A stretch of 64,000 nucleotides of DNA from Vicugna vicugna (GCA_013265495.1 MU058337.1:5622716-5686715); one strand, 5' to 3'; shown: positions 52,403 through 63,639, numbered from the stretch's first letter. Translations and numbers: made by a program. The notes: generated by a model from the sequence alone, not told the origin.

Positions 52403-52955
52403 TGTTAGATTTTACCTGAGTCCAGAGATACTGGAAAAAGGGGAAGGTTAAGAGATCCCCTCACTCTTTGGCTTACTGCAAAACACCCTCCTTCCTCATA
52501 TGACTTAGATAAGACTCACGAATGCCCACCTTGTTGACCTAGGACAAGGCCAGACACATACCCTCCAATTCCCACTGTTGGCCTCATAAAAGATTAGCTT
52601 TTGTGCCCAATGAAAAATTGGAACAAAACGCTTTTTAACCAAGCTTTGTTTAAGCTTCTTTCCTTCCTCCCGGCCCTGAATGTTGGCCCACCCTTGGCCT
52701 GAGCAGCAGACGGCCAACCCTTCCTAAGAACAGGCTGGCCTCTGGGTCAGATATTGTCTGATCCATTATCCCATCACCTCCTCACACTCAGTCCTTCTAG
52801 CCTTGCTCAGTCCTCTCTGAAAGAGAAAAACCCTTTTTGCCTAACTCTCAAGACACTTAACGGACCTTACGGTTACAGCATTCTCTCCCCCAATTCCTGC
52901 AATTCTTTGGAATAAGGTCTCTCCTTACTAAGTATGGACTTATTTTTTTTTGACA
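52403..52955 (+). mobile_element. ERV1 solo LTR (MER4 group, MER67-like; subfamily uncertain)
   Basis: TG...CA termini ('tgttagattttacctgag' to 'ttttttgaca'); polyA-like 'gaataagg' near the 3' end. Confidence 0.7.
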
Positions 52956-54692
52956 CCATCAACAGCCAGTGGTGTCTAAGTGCCTCAGTCTCATTGTATC
53001 CTATGTGGATTATGAGTACTAAATCCCAGGATGAACTGAGGCTACTGGAAATTGCTACAGACAACAGGATTTCTTTAGGTACTAGCAGAGTAAAATGCTT
53101 ACCATTTGTTGACCTGCAAACCCAGCAGTAAATCAGTTACACAGTCTTCACTCACAACAGCCTGGGTCTAGTCTGAACAAAAGGTCAGAAAGGAGTGAGT
53201 GCATCTACCCTTCCTCCACTCTCAGGGTAATAACGAGTCCAGGATGGTTGGAGGGAACGTAGACACAATAGGGCTTTGTCGTTAACACAGTAAAGCTCCC
53301 AAGCAGGTGTAGGAACAAAGATGGTTACAAAAGCTATCATTCCTTTGTGGTCTTAGGTCTACCTATTCAAGTGCCAGATACTAAATTTGCACTTGTGTCT
53401 GTATTCGTGAATGTCTATAAATTATATTTATTATATTTTTATATTCCACAAACATTCACAGAAATATTCTCAGGAAATAACTGTATTAGTCACATAATTT
53501 CCCTAGTCCACTAATTAGAACGGAGTATTTCACCTCCTTCAGAAATAGCCTAGAGTGAACGAAAAGGAAACGGAAACCGAAGCTAAGAGAGCTTTTCTTG
53601 CGCTTTTCATAGGCTGCGTCCACTGGTTTGGGCTCATTAATGCGATACCTTTCTCCCAGGAGTCTATATTTATTGAGAGCTCCATTTTTCACCAAGAGCA
53701 AGAAATGATATTGAGCAAAGGCAAAGTAAGTCACAGCAAAATTGAAAACAGTAAGCCCTGGTGTAGTTTATCTTTTCTCATCTTTCCAGTAGAAAGATTC
53801 TACCATATACAGCATTTTAATTATCCAAAACAAAGCCCTGTGTGGTAAACTAAACAAAGAAACAAAGAGAGAGAAAAAAAGCCCTTGGATTCCATTTTCA
53901 GGGCCCACAGGGATCGCAAAAGAGATATGACAACACTTCAGAACAGTGATAAGCTGGTTACCAAGAGCGAAAACCAGGCAGATGAGAATCATATACATAC
54001 ATAAGAAGGTCTTTGTTGTATGGAGCTTCATTTCAAGTTAAACTTCTCAATAATTCAAGTTATCTTTATTGGAAACATTTTTGTGACCAGAGCAGTATTC
54101 ATTTTCTCCCTACTCTTTTTCCTTAGAGGAGTAGGCAGCTGGACGCAGAGGAAGATAAGAGCTCTTTGACCCAAGCTCAAGGAGGAAGACTTGGGAAGTA
54201 CCTAGTTTCATTCACCTAGGCAACACAGTTATGAAAAGGTCTTGAGTAATCCACAGAAGCACAAAGTTCTGGTGATTTTAGCTGGAGTCACAAATTCTGT
54301 TTTTTGAATAAGCTACTTCTGCCATTTGCACCCAAGAGCCTAACACATACTTGTGTGCGATCATTATCGTAACGACTACCTAGCACTTTCTATGCCAGGC
54401 ACTCACGTGCTCTTGGTACACAACCAACCAAAGGGAGGAATGAACATTCAAATTCTAAAGACGGGGTATCTGAGGCTTAAAGAGATCGTGTAAATTGTCC
54501 AAAGTCACCCAACTATGAGGAAAGGGAGCACACACACAAAGCCAGAACCATCTCCATCTTAACCACTTTTCTGTCCAGTTTCCCAGGACACCAGGTCCAG
54601 GTCTTGCACCTCATGGATGCATAGAAGATGCACCCTTCACTGGTCTCCCTGTCTCCCTTATTTGAGCTTCCATAGCTGACTAACCCACTGTA

Positions 54693-54734
54693 ACACACAC
54701 ACACACACACACACACATACACACACACACACAC
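54693..54734. repeat. (CA)n microsatellite
   Basis: About 20 CA units with one TA interruption. Confidence 0.95.
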
Positions 54735-54987
54735 CACCCCCCCACAGTGTTGACAAGGCTGCAGCTGGGTCTTGGATTAGGATCTGCTTTATCTCTTTGG
54801 GTCGATGTTCCCCCTTTCTACACTAACTCATTACAGATATTTTAGTTATTGAGGACACTATTACCCCTTCTTTTTGCAACTTCTTGCTCAAAATACCCTA
54901 AGGTCATTTCCTTATGCCCTCTATTACAGTGACACAGGGGAAAACAGCACTACAGCCAAAGGATTGACGTGCTCACAGTAAGCCAGG

Positions 54988-55453
54988 TATTATAAGATCA
55001 AATTGTGTCCCTCAAAATGATATGTTTAAGTCCTAACCCCGGTACATATGAATGTGACCTTATTTGGAAATAGTGTCCTTTCTGATGTAATTAGTTAAAA
55101 TGAAGTCATAAAGAGTGGGTGGGCCCTGAATCCAATATAAACTAGAATCCTTGTAAGAAGAGACGTGTGCCATGTGAGGACAGGGAGAAGATGTTCATGG
55201 GAAGACAGAGGCAGATGTTAAAGTGATGCTGCCCCCAGCTGAGGAATTCACGGGGTGACCAGAAGCTGGAAGAGGCAAGACAGGATCCTTGGCTATAGGT
55301 GTCAGAGAACATGGCTCTCTGAAACCTTGATTTCAGACTCCAGAACTGTTCCTCCAGAACTGTGCCTCCAGAACTGTGACAGAATAAATGTGTGTTGTTT
55401 TAAGCCATAAATTTTGTAATATTTTGCTATGACACCACTAGGAAACTATTTCA
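54988..55453 (+). mobile_element. MaLR solo LTR, MLT1B/C-like
   Basis: 'aattgtgtccctcaaaa', 'aatgtgaccttatttggaaatag', 'ccagaagctggaagaggcaag', 'cactaggaaacta'. Confidence 0.85.
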
Positions 55454-55994
55454 CAGGGTGACTTAGAGAGGCTGGAAGCAGATACACTAGTTTGGAAGTT
55501 TTTGCATTTGGTAGGTCCTGGAGGGCATGAGAGGCACTAAGTTCTGGGCCAAGGTGGTTATGGGCAGTGAGGATAGATAATTTATTGACTAAGAGAAGCC
55601 ACTCATTAAATCACCCATTAAATCATTAAATCATTGAGGAGAAATAGGTATTCAAATAGAAATTGGGAAGAGCAAGCCCTTGAATTAAGAATGTCCTGGA
55701 AGTCAAACTGGTGAGTCATTGCAACTGCTGTCTACCAGCAAAGATAAGGAAATACTGCATTTGTTTGATTTCTGTTCACAAATTAGACAAAGCATGAGAA
55801 TTTGATAAAACTTTTAAACCTAAAGAAATAGGAACAAAGGAATTTGATAATATAACCCAAAATTCTTATCAATGGAATCAGAAAACAAGGCCCTGAGGAA
55901 CTGAGTCTCATAAAAGTTTAGAGACCTAGATGGACACAGAGCCAAGTGGCCTCCAACCCCAAGTTCAATGCTGATTCTTAATAAGCACATAGAG

Positions 55995-57765
55995 GGGACT
56001 TGGGAAGCCTGACATGAGGGTGGCAGAACAGGAGACTGTAGCCCTCATACCTCCACAGAAATATCGATTTTGACAACCATTCAGATACACACCTTTGTGA
56101 GAACCTGGGAGTCCAGTGGAGAGGTCCCAAAGCACTGTTTGAGCAAAAAAGTCACAGAAATAGAACAAGCAATCCTAAAATTCACAGGGAACCACAAAAG
56201 ACCCTGAATAGCCAAAGCAATTTTGAGAAACAATGAAGAGGGAGACATCACACTTCCTGGTTTCAAATTATATTGCAAAGCTGTTGTAATCAAAACAGTA
56301 TGGTACTGGCATAAAGACAGAACCATAGATAAATGGAACAGAATCGAGAGCCTAGAAATAAACCTGCGCATTACACAGTCAACTAATCAGCAAGTGTGCC
56401 AAGAATACACATGGGGAGAAGATAGCCTCTTTGTGACTCTTCGGTGTTGGGAAAATTGGACAGCAACACACAAGAGAACAAAATTGGACCTTTATCTTAC
56501 ACCATACACAGAATCAACTCAAAATAAATCTAAAGCTTAAACTTAAGATCTGAAGCCATAGAACTCCTGGAAGAAGACATAGGAGAAAAGCTCCTTGACA
56601 TTGGTCTCAGCAACAACGTTTTGCATATGACACCAAAATCACAGGCAGCAAAAGCAAAAATAAACAAGTGGGACTACATCAAACAGAAAATCTTTTGCAC
56701 AGCAAAGAACACAATCAACAAAATGAAAAGGCATGGGAGAACATACTTACAAACCATATATCTAGTAAGGGGTTGACATCCAAAATGCATAAGGAACTCA
56801 TATAACTCAATAGCAAAATAAATAAATAATCCAATGTAAAATCAGGCAAAAGAACCAGACACACATTTTTCCAAAGAAGACATACTAATGGCCAATAAGT
56901 ACACGGAGAGGTGCTCAGCATCACCAGTCATCATGGAAATGCAAGCCAAACCCAGAAAAATCACCTCACACCTGCTAGGATGGCTATTATGTAAATGAAA
57001 AAAAAGGAGTATTGGTGAGGATGTGGAGGAAGAGGAACCCTGGTACACTGTTGTTGGGAATGTAAAACCATTATGGAAAACAGTATGGAGAGGCCTCAAA
57101 AAATTAAAAATAAAACTACCATATGACCCAGCAATCTCACTTATGGGTATTTATCCAAAGAAACTGAAATCAGTATTTTAAAGAGACACCTGCACTCCTA
57201 TGTTTCTTGCAGCATTATTCATAGTAGCCAAGATATGGAAACAACCTAAAAGTCCATCAATGGATGAATGGATTAAGAAAATGTATATACATACAATATA
57301 ACATTATTCAGTCTTTAAAAAGGAAATTCCACCATTTATAACAACATGGATGAACCCGGAGGACATCGTGCTAAGTGAAATAAGCCAGACACAAAGAGAC
57401 ATGTACTGTACGATCTCACTTATGTGTGGAATCAAAAATAATCACACTCATAGAAGCAGAGAGTAGAAAGGTAGTTACTTGGAGCTGTGCAGGAGCAGTA
57501 AATGGCAAGATGTTGGCCAACATATACAAAGTTTAAGTTATGCAAAAAAGAATAAGATCTGGATCTCTAATACATAGCATGGTGACTACAGGTAACAATA
57601 CTGTACTGGATACTTGAAGTATGCTGAAAGAGTAGATCCTCTCACCACACACACACACACACACACACAAAAGGTAACCACGTGAGGTGATGGGTGTCCA
57701 TTAGCTTCACTGAAGTGAATATTTCATAGTGTACAGGTATGTCAAAGCATCAATTTATACAAAAA
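55995..57765 (+). mobile_element. L1MA9-like LINE-1: short 5'UTR-like segment fused to the 3' part of ORF2 and the 3'UTR
   Basis: ORF 56223-56540 '[37 protein letters not shown]' is L1 ORF2p; the 3'UTR carries a (CA)n at 57647-57668; 55995-56152 resembles a laurasiatherian L1 5' end. Confidence 0.9.
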
Positions 57766-58022
57766 CAGGAAGAGGTTTTAAAGGTAGCAGTACATCAGGG
57801 CAGACCCCCAAATCTTATCTAATCGGATGAAACTTCTAGAACTTCCTTGCTGTGACAGGAAGTCCCTCCTCACTTCCCTTGACCACTAGAGGGGTGGGGA
57901 TGGAATAACTCAAGAGGGAAGTGTGAGAAATATTTTTTGTTCTTTGGGACAGGGGTGGGGTTGAGTCTTAACACACTTTCAGGAGAGGAAGGAACACCTT
58001 GTTTTTCTAACAGTGTTTAAAA

Positions 58023-58865
58023 TGTAGGTTTTATGATTATTCAGATATGGTGAGGCCAACAGATCAGGAGATGATTATCACTGACGAGGTAGTTAGTTAT
58101 ACTTACAGAACCGAAGGGGAGGGGACACATCCATGGTGCAGGGTCACACGGGGAAGAGCCAGGGCTGGACGGGAGGCCAACGGAGCAAGGGAAAATGTGG
58201 GCATGACAATGATGCATGATTTATAGCAAACATGTTGCTTTAGGAATAAATGAAGGGTAAGCATACTACCTACAATAAAATCCCAACAATTCTCCTCAGT
58301 TAACGTAAATTGCAAATACTTTCGATAATTCTGACAGTAAAATGATGTGCACCATTCTCATGTATACAGTATTTCAAATCTTTTTCCTTGTAACGTTCAG
58401 AGACAGTCTCTTATTCTTGAATCATTTTAGACGGTACTAGCACAGATAAACCCAAATTATATTACATATTGTTGAAACGTTGTAAGAAGAAACTGATCAG
58501 CTATAATTACGAGGGCTCTGTGGAGAAAAATGTGGTTTCTGTGGGAAGGAGCGTGCAAGGTAAGGGTTTAGGATTGGCAAATCTGGATCATTTCAGCAGG
58601 CTCTGGGGTGCAGGGCTATCCCTAGTTGTCAGGTACCTGGCCCTGGGGTGATGAGCAAATGGAAAGTGGCCCCAAGGGGGGAGCTCAATAAAAGAGGAGG
58701 CTGGGGGCATGGGCTCTGGGCTGGTTGGTTTGCAGCGGAAAGCAATACTCACAGGCGAGCCATTTACTATCTCTAGGAAGAGGCTAATCCCTCCAGGGTC
58801 AGCAAGGCCCCAAGATGCCAAAGCATCCAAATTACAGAAAATAAAAAGACAGGATGAATTTAAAC
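58023..58865 (-). mobile_element. ERVL-type solo LTR, MER76-like, with an internal foreign insert (~58201-58526)
   Basis: 'ttcagatatggtgaggccaacagatcaggagatga' and 'ccctagttgtcaggtacctggccctggggtgat' lie on either side of an AT-rich insert. Confidence 0.65.
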
Positions 58866-58974
58866 TGCCACAGCAAAGCCAATGAACAATTTCCAGGAAA
58901 TAAAAATAGAATCTAGGTAATAAAACAAAGTCTAACCTCTTTTTTTCCCCTCTGTGTTTAGTCCAGTCTCACTT

Positions 58975-59405
58975 GCTCACACGGTGCCTCGAGCAGAGGC
59001 CCCCGACCCGGCGGCTCAGACCAGAGTTTCAAGTGAGAAGCGGCCGCGCCGACACCTCAGCTCGGCGCGTGCAGAAGGCTGCGCGTGGCACAGCCCAAGA
59101 TGGCGGCGGGCGGCCGTGTGCGGAGACGCTGCCCTGGGCTCCGCGATCTGGAGCGTGAGCAACGCGCGTGCGCCCGCCAGCGAGAACCCCGCCCCCTCCC
59201 CGGATCCCTCTAAAGCCGCCCCGCCCGCCGCCCGCAGGAGAGCGGCTGCTCCAGAGCCGGAGCTCGCGCCTGTGCCTTGTCTGGTCAAAGGACAAAGCTT
59301 CCCTTTGCTTCTGAGCCGAACTCAGTCTGGTTCTACTGGCATGACCGACACCGGCAGGAGAAGCCTTGTTGGAGACGGACTCCGGAGGGTCAGTAACGGA
59401 CCGCC
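58975..59405. promoter_or_regulatory. CpG island with promoter architecture (YY1, NRF1, Sp/KLF GC boxes)
   Basis: The only dense CpG cluster in the window; CAAGATGGCGGC 59096-59107, CGCGCGTGCGC 59163-59173, CCCCGCCCC 59187-59195, GCCCCGCCC 59218-59226. Confidence 0.8.
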
Positions 59406-60119
59406 TAAGCCCTTCTTGTTTGGTCAGCTGACCTGAAAATGAAAAGGTAGGACCCTGAGAGTTTGAGGGGGGCTGGGGGGGTGTGGGGGTGAGAACTGAG
59501 CCAGGAGCGGAGGAAGGGTCTTGAATCTGTGGAAATGAGGTACTTCAGCCCTATCCTGAGAGCGCTCTGGGGACCAGTAAGAACCAGAACCTGTGGACGA
59601 GGAAAGGTGCTCAGGGCAAGGCAGGAAACCTTGAGGGGGACCAGCACCCTTGGGAATAAGGAAGGGCAGCCAAACAAGCAGGGCTGGCATCCTCCAGTTC
59701 TTAAATAACAGCACTATTGTGAGAGGTGATCCGTTTACCAGGTCAACAATATGAGGACTACTGCATCAAAAAGGAACACTCAATTCCCCACATCAGCAGG
59801 TGAAATTAAACCTAGGTTGTTAATATGAATGTGTTCACCATCAGAGACCTATCAGGATGGATCAGATATGTAAAGATGGGCCCGTTAACTATTAATAAAT
59901 TTATTTTTTAAGGTTTTTTTTTTCCACCTCCATTTAAAATCCCCTTGTATTTAAAATATTCCTTAGTGGTTGGATCAGAAAATCCCAGAGAATTGTCAGT
60001 GTTCTTGATGATAGAAATGTTTTTGCCCTCGGATAATCAATTGTTCCAAAAACAATCCTATACTATGTTCCAGCGCTGGTTACTGGGAACTCCCACATGG
60101 CACAAAGAACTCGTCAGAA

Positions 60120-60545
60120 CACTGTGCTGAGGGACCTGGACTGAACTTTAGCCTGGCTTCTGCTGTACTGTGCTATGTCCCTAAAGGCGACCCCAGCCCT
60201 CCATGCTGCATTTGTGTTCAAGAAAACATAATGCTGCCAAATCACCACTTGTACATTGTCCCAATCCTCATAGCCAAGTCATTTTCAGTAATTCCCCACT
60301 TACTCTCCTTCTGCAATCTTCCATTTCCCCATCTCCCTCCTAGTCCCTTTTTTGTTCCCCACTTTTAACTTCCCCGTTCCCACCTTTTGTTCCTTCTTCC
60401 CTTAAAAAGCTCAGCCACTTTGTCTTAGTTGGAGTTGAGTTCAGTTGGTACCCAAGTCTCTCTTCCCTATGACAGTCGTCTGGATAAAAACTGTCTTGCC
60501 ACTAGCCTCAAGCATCCAGTGCTGGTTGGCTGGCTTTCTTTGACA
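60120..60545 (+). mobile_element. ERV1-type solo LTR (MER4 group; start uncertain)
   Basis: TATA-like 'cttaaaaagc', 'gttggagttgagttcag', polyA-like 'gataaaa', end 'tttctttgaca'. Confidence 0.6.
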
Positions 60546-60888
60546 TTACTGTAATTAGTTAACCAGAATCACTCAGTCTTATAACCAAAAAGAGGTTCTT
60601 CTTTTCCCTTATGCCCACGCTATAAACTGCAGACCAGGAATTGAATCTCCTGGCAGAAGTATCATAAGAATGATAGCCTGATATTCATGAAGCCATGACA
60701 TCACTGTGAGGTGACGCCACCACCTGGGACTGAGATAGGATTCCCAGGGCTCCTATAACCCAGCAGCGGGTGACTTTGTGACAGCCAGCTGCTGACCTAA
60801 GATCCAGCAGAACACAAATCAATTGTGCAGGACTAACCGGAACTGAAAAGTGTAATTTAATTGTGGCTAGTGTCCTTTTTCTCACAAC

Positions 60889-61270
60889 TGTTAACCTGAA
60901 ACAAATAGACTGACAGAAATTTCTCCAGCGAAGTTGGGTTTATTTGGGATCAGTAGAGAACCTCAGTTTAGGGTCTGCAACCACCGTGAGCCACCTGCAA
61001 GTCCCAGAACAGCAACTCTTTCCTAGAGGGGAAAAGGAAGTTGAGAGGGCTGTCGTAAACAAAGAGTCCATGGCTTTTTATTGGCTGAAGCCGTGCCAGG
61101 AGAGAGGAGTCATAGTTCTTATAAGGGGTCAGGCCTTATCCTTGCAGGGCGTGAGAGCTCCCCCTTCTGGTCTCCCAACTATAATCAATTTTATTATGTT
61201 TTTAATAAACAGATTTCTGTTTATTAATTTATACAAATAAGCAGATTTCTGTTTATTAATCTTTTATACA
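60889..61270 (-). mobile_element. ERV solo LTR (probably laurasiatherian-specific)
   Basis: TG...CA termini; minus-strand AATAAA ('gtttattt', ~60938) and CCAAT ('attgg', ~61080) in LTR order. Confidence 0.6.
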
Positions 61271-61777
61271 ATCGTAGGGAAAAAAACTCTCTTCTTCCAT
61301 CTTGATCTGCCTTTTCTTTCTAGAATTTATCAGGCTAATCTTGTGCAAACTGCTTGAATGGAATGCTGCTCCAAAACTCCAGTAGTCAGGAAAAATACTC
61401 TGTTAGAAATCTTAATATACGTTATAAGCTAATGAATCACCAAGGGAACTGAAGGATGGTGAGTCTGCAATGACTTCACTGTGTCCCTTTACTTCTCATG
61501 GCAGTGTAATTACTTGTGTAGGCTCAATAAAAATCTCTCTGTAATGTAATTGGATAAATCACATTTTTAACCATTCGAGAAATGTCTCATTTAAATCCCA
61601 TTTAACTGAGTATGACCAGCCTGTTATTAAAGAACAAGGACTGTACTTCAGGAGTGGAAATGATGTCTGTGAAACCCCAGGGGAAACTGCCTAATTCCTG
61701 CTCTCTGGTTTACGGAGCCCCAGCCTCAAAGGGAGTCCAGACCTTCACCTCCAGCAGGCTGGCACAGGCGAGCATGC

Positions 61778-62139
61778 TGTTGTAGACTGAATGTTTGTGT
61801 CCTCAAATTCATATATTGAACTCCCACCCTCCAGTGTGACAATATTAGGAGATGGGGGCGTCTCTGGGAGGTGATTAGGTCATGAAGGTGGAACCCTCGT
61901 AAGTGGGATTAGTGCCCTTATAAAAGGGGCCTGAGAGAACTCCCTCCTCCCTTCTCCCGTGTGAGGACACAGTGAGAAGACAGTGGTCTGTGAACCAGGA
62001 AGCAGGTGCTCGCTGGACACCAAATGTGCAGGCACCTTAATCTTGAATTTCCCAGCCTCCGGAACTGTGAGAAATTTCTGCCGTTTATAAGCCATGCAGT
62101 CCACGGTATCCATTATAGCAGCCTGAGCAGTCTAAGACA
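61778..62139 (+). mobile_element. MaLR solo LTR, MLT1A-like
   Basis: TG...CA termini; 5-bp TSD catgc/catgg; 'gggaggtgattaggtcatgaaggtgg', 'gtgtgaggacacagtgagaagac'. Confidence 0.9.
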
Positions 62140-62979
62140 CATGGGATCTCAGAGATAGGAGAAACCCAGTAAGCATTCTTGGTTCCTGGACTGGAAATAG
62201 ATGGAGTAAAGGCAACGTAGAATATTCCTGACATAATAAAAGAGATCAAAAATGTGACTCCAAGAGCTTTGTAAAGGAGTCACAGATGCACGTTGACTCT
62301 TCAACTCTAACATTTAAGCTTACGACAAGTGGGTCTTTATGTAATCATCACTTCTTTTTGTACCTATGTCATTTAAACCATCCAAATAGAACAAAACATC
62401 AGGTGAATTGTCCTCTATCAGAAACTCTGAAACAGATATTTTTGGTCAAATGTATGCCGTTAGGGTAGAATTTGCTCATAACAGGACCTGAAAAAATGAA
62501 ACTGACATTCTTATCCTTGGCTTAGCTCTGTCTGATACAGAAACATGGCAACTACCACAGCTCAGGAAAGATTTACATGTTTAAAGGCCACGCATTCCCC
62601 GAGATAAGCCTTGAATTACAGGGCCGTTCTGAAGCCTTACAGAGATAAACTGTGATCCTGTTTCCTATTGTCAGAGACAAGACTTTCAATCAAAACAGAA
62701 CTGTCAACTGCTATGTAATAATCTGAACTATAAATATAGTCTTCTCTCTATTCTGGGAGCCCAGTTGCTCTGAAAGCTTGCTTTAGGCATGCAAGACTCG
62801 ACTGGGTGATGAAAAATTGTCCAAGTGGAGGTTTTTTTATTGGGGAGAGGGAGGATAGATTTCTTCAGAAAAGAAACAATTTTTTAAAAATGAGTAGGGA
62901 GGAGTAAAAACAATGCGAAGGCAGGTAGCTGCCCAGCCATCATCGTCGACGACTGAAACGTGTAAAGCTTTTATTGCAA

Positions 62980-63430
62980 TGGTTAAAGAAAACCAAAGCT
63001 GGGTGGTAAAGTGGTAAAAACAGATTTTACTCAGGAGGTATTCCAATAGAGGGAAAAGACCTCAGTGTAGGATTGCTCAATTCCAAGTAAACCATAGACA
63101 GGTAGGAATTTAGAGCCAAGGAGCAGGGTGGGGTCAGTGGATGGGAAACGACTAACAGAAAACACCAGGGGTGGAGAGGGATTCTGGTTAAGCAGACCTA
63201 ACAAAGCTCTTGGTCAAGGCAGACCAGGCGATGAGACAGTCCCTGAGGCGCGGCGGAAGAGGAGGAAATTTGATCAGATACCCAGGTCATATCGCTGTGA
63301 CTACAAGACTGTAAGCATCTTAAAATCAAACAGAAAGGGGGGTGTCTTGCAGGCAGAGATAAGCAGAATCTTTGGAGGGGAACCTGAGCAAGCAGGGGGA
63401 AATGTTGCCAGTGGGTCTGACCGGAAAGGG
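62980..63430 (-). mobile_element. ERV1 solo LTR, MER31-like (end uncertain)
   Basis: 'ggggtcagtggatgggaaacgactaa' is the reverse-complement counterpart of 'tagtaattttccatccactgac' in the LTR at 1464-2188. Confidence 0.65.
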
Positions 63431-63639
63431 TCTGGCTGCGCTCAGCTGATCCCCAGGAGGGACTGATAAAGGGGACACAGTCACTGCTCCAGCTGGAGAA
63501 TAAGCAGAGTTCAGAGGTCTGTAGGAAACAGAGAGGGCTGATTAAAATCTGGTGAAGACAAAGCAGAGGGTGAGAAATGCGCAACTGTGAGCACCTGGCC
63601 GGTGCTTACGAAGGGGTGAGCACTGTGCTGAAATCCCCA

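Noticed and set aside
55338..55377. Three copies of CTCCAGAACTGT at 14-bp period
   Set aside because: Simple slippage triplication of a standard MLT1 motif, with no spacers or other structure.
55980..57775. Possible TSD 'aataagcacatagagg' / 'aaaaacaggaagagg' around the deleted L1
   Set aside because: Too many mismatches to call, and the L1 3' terminus appears truncated.
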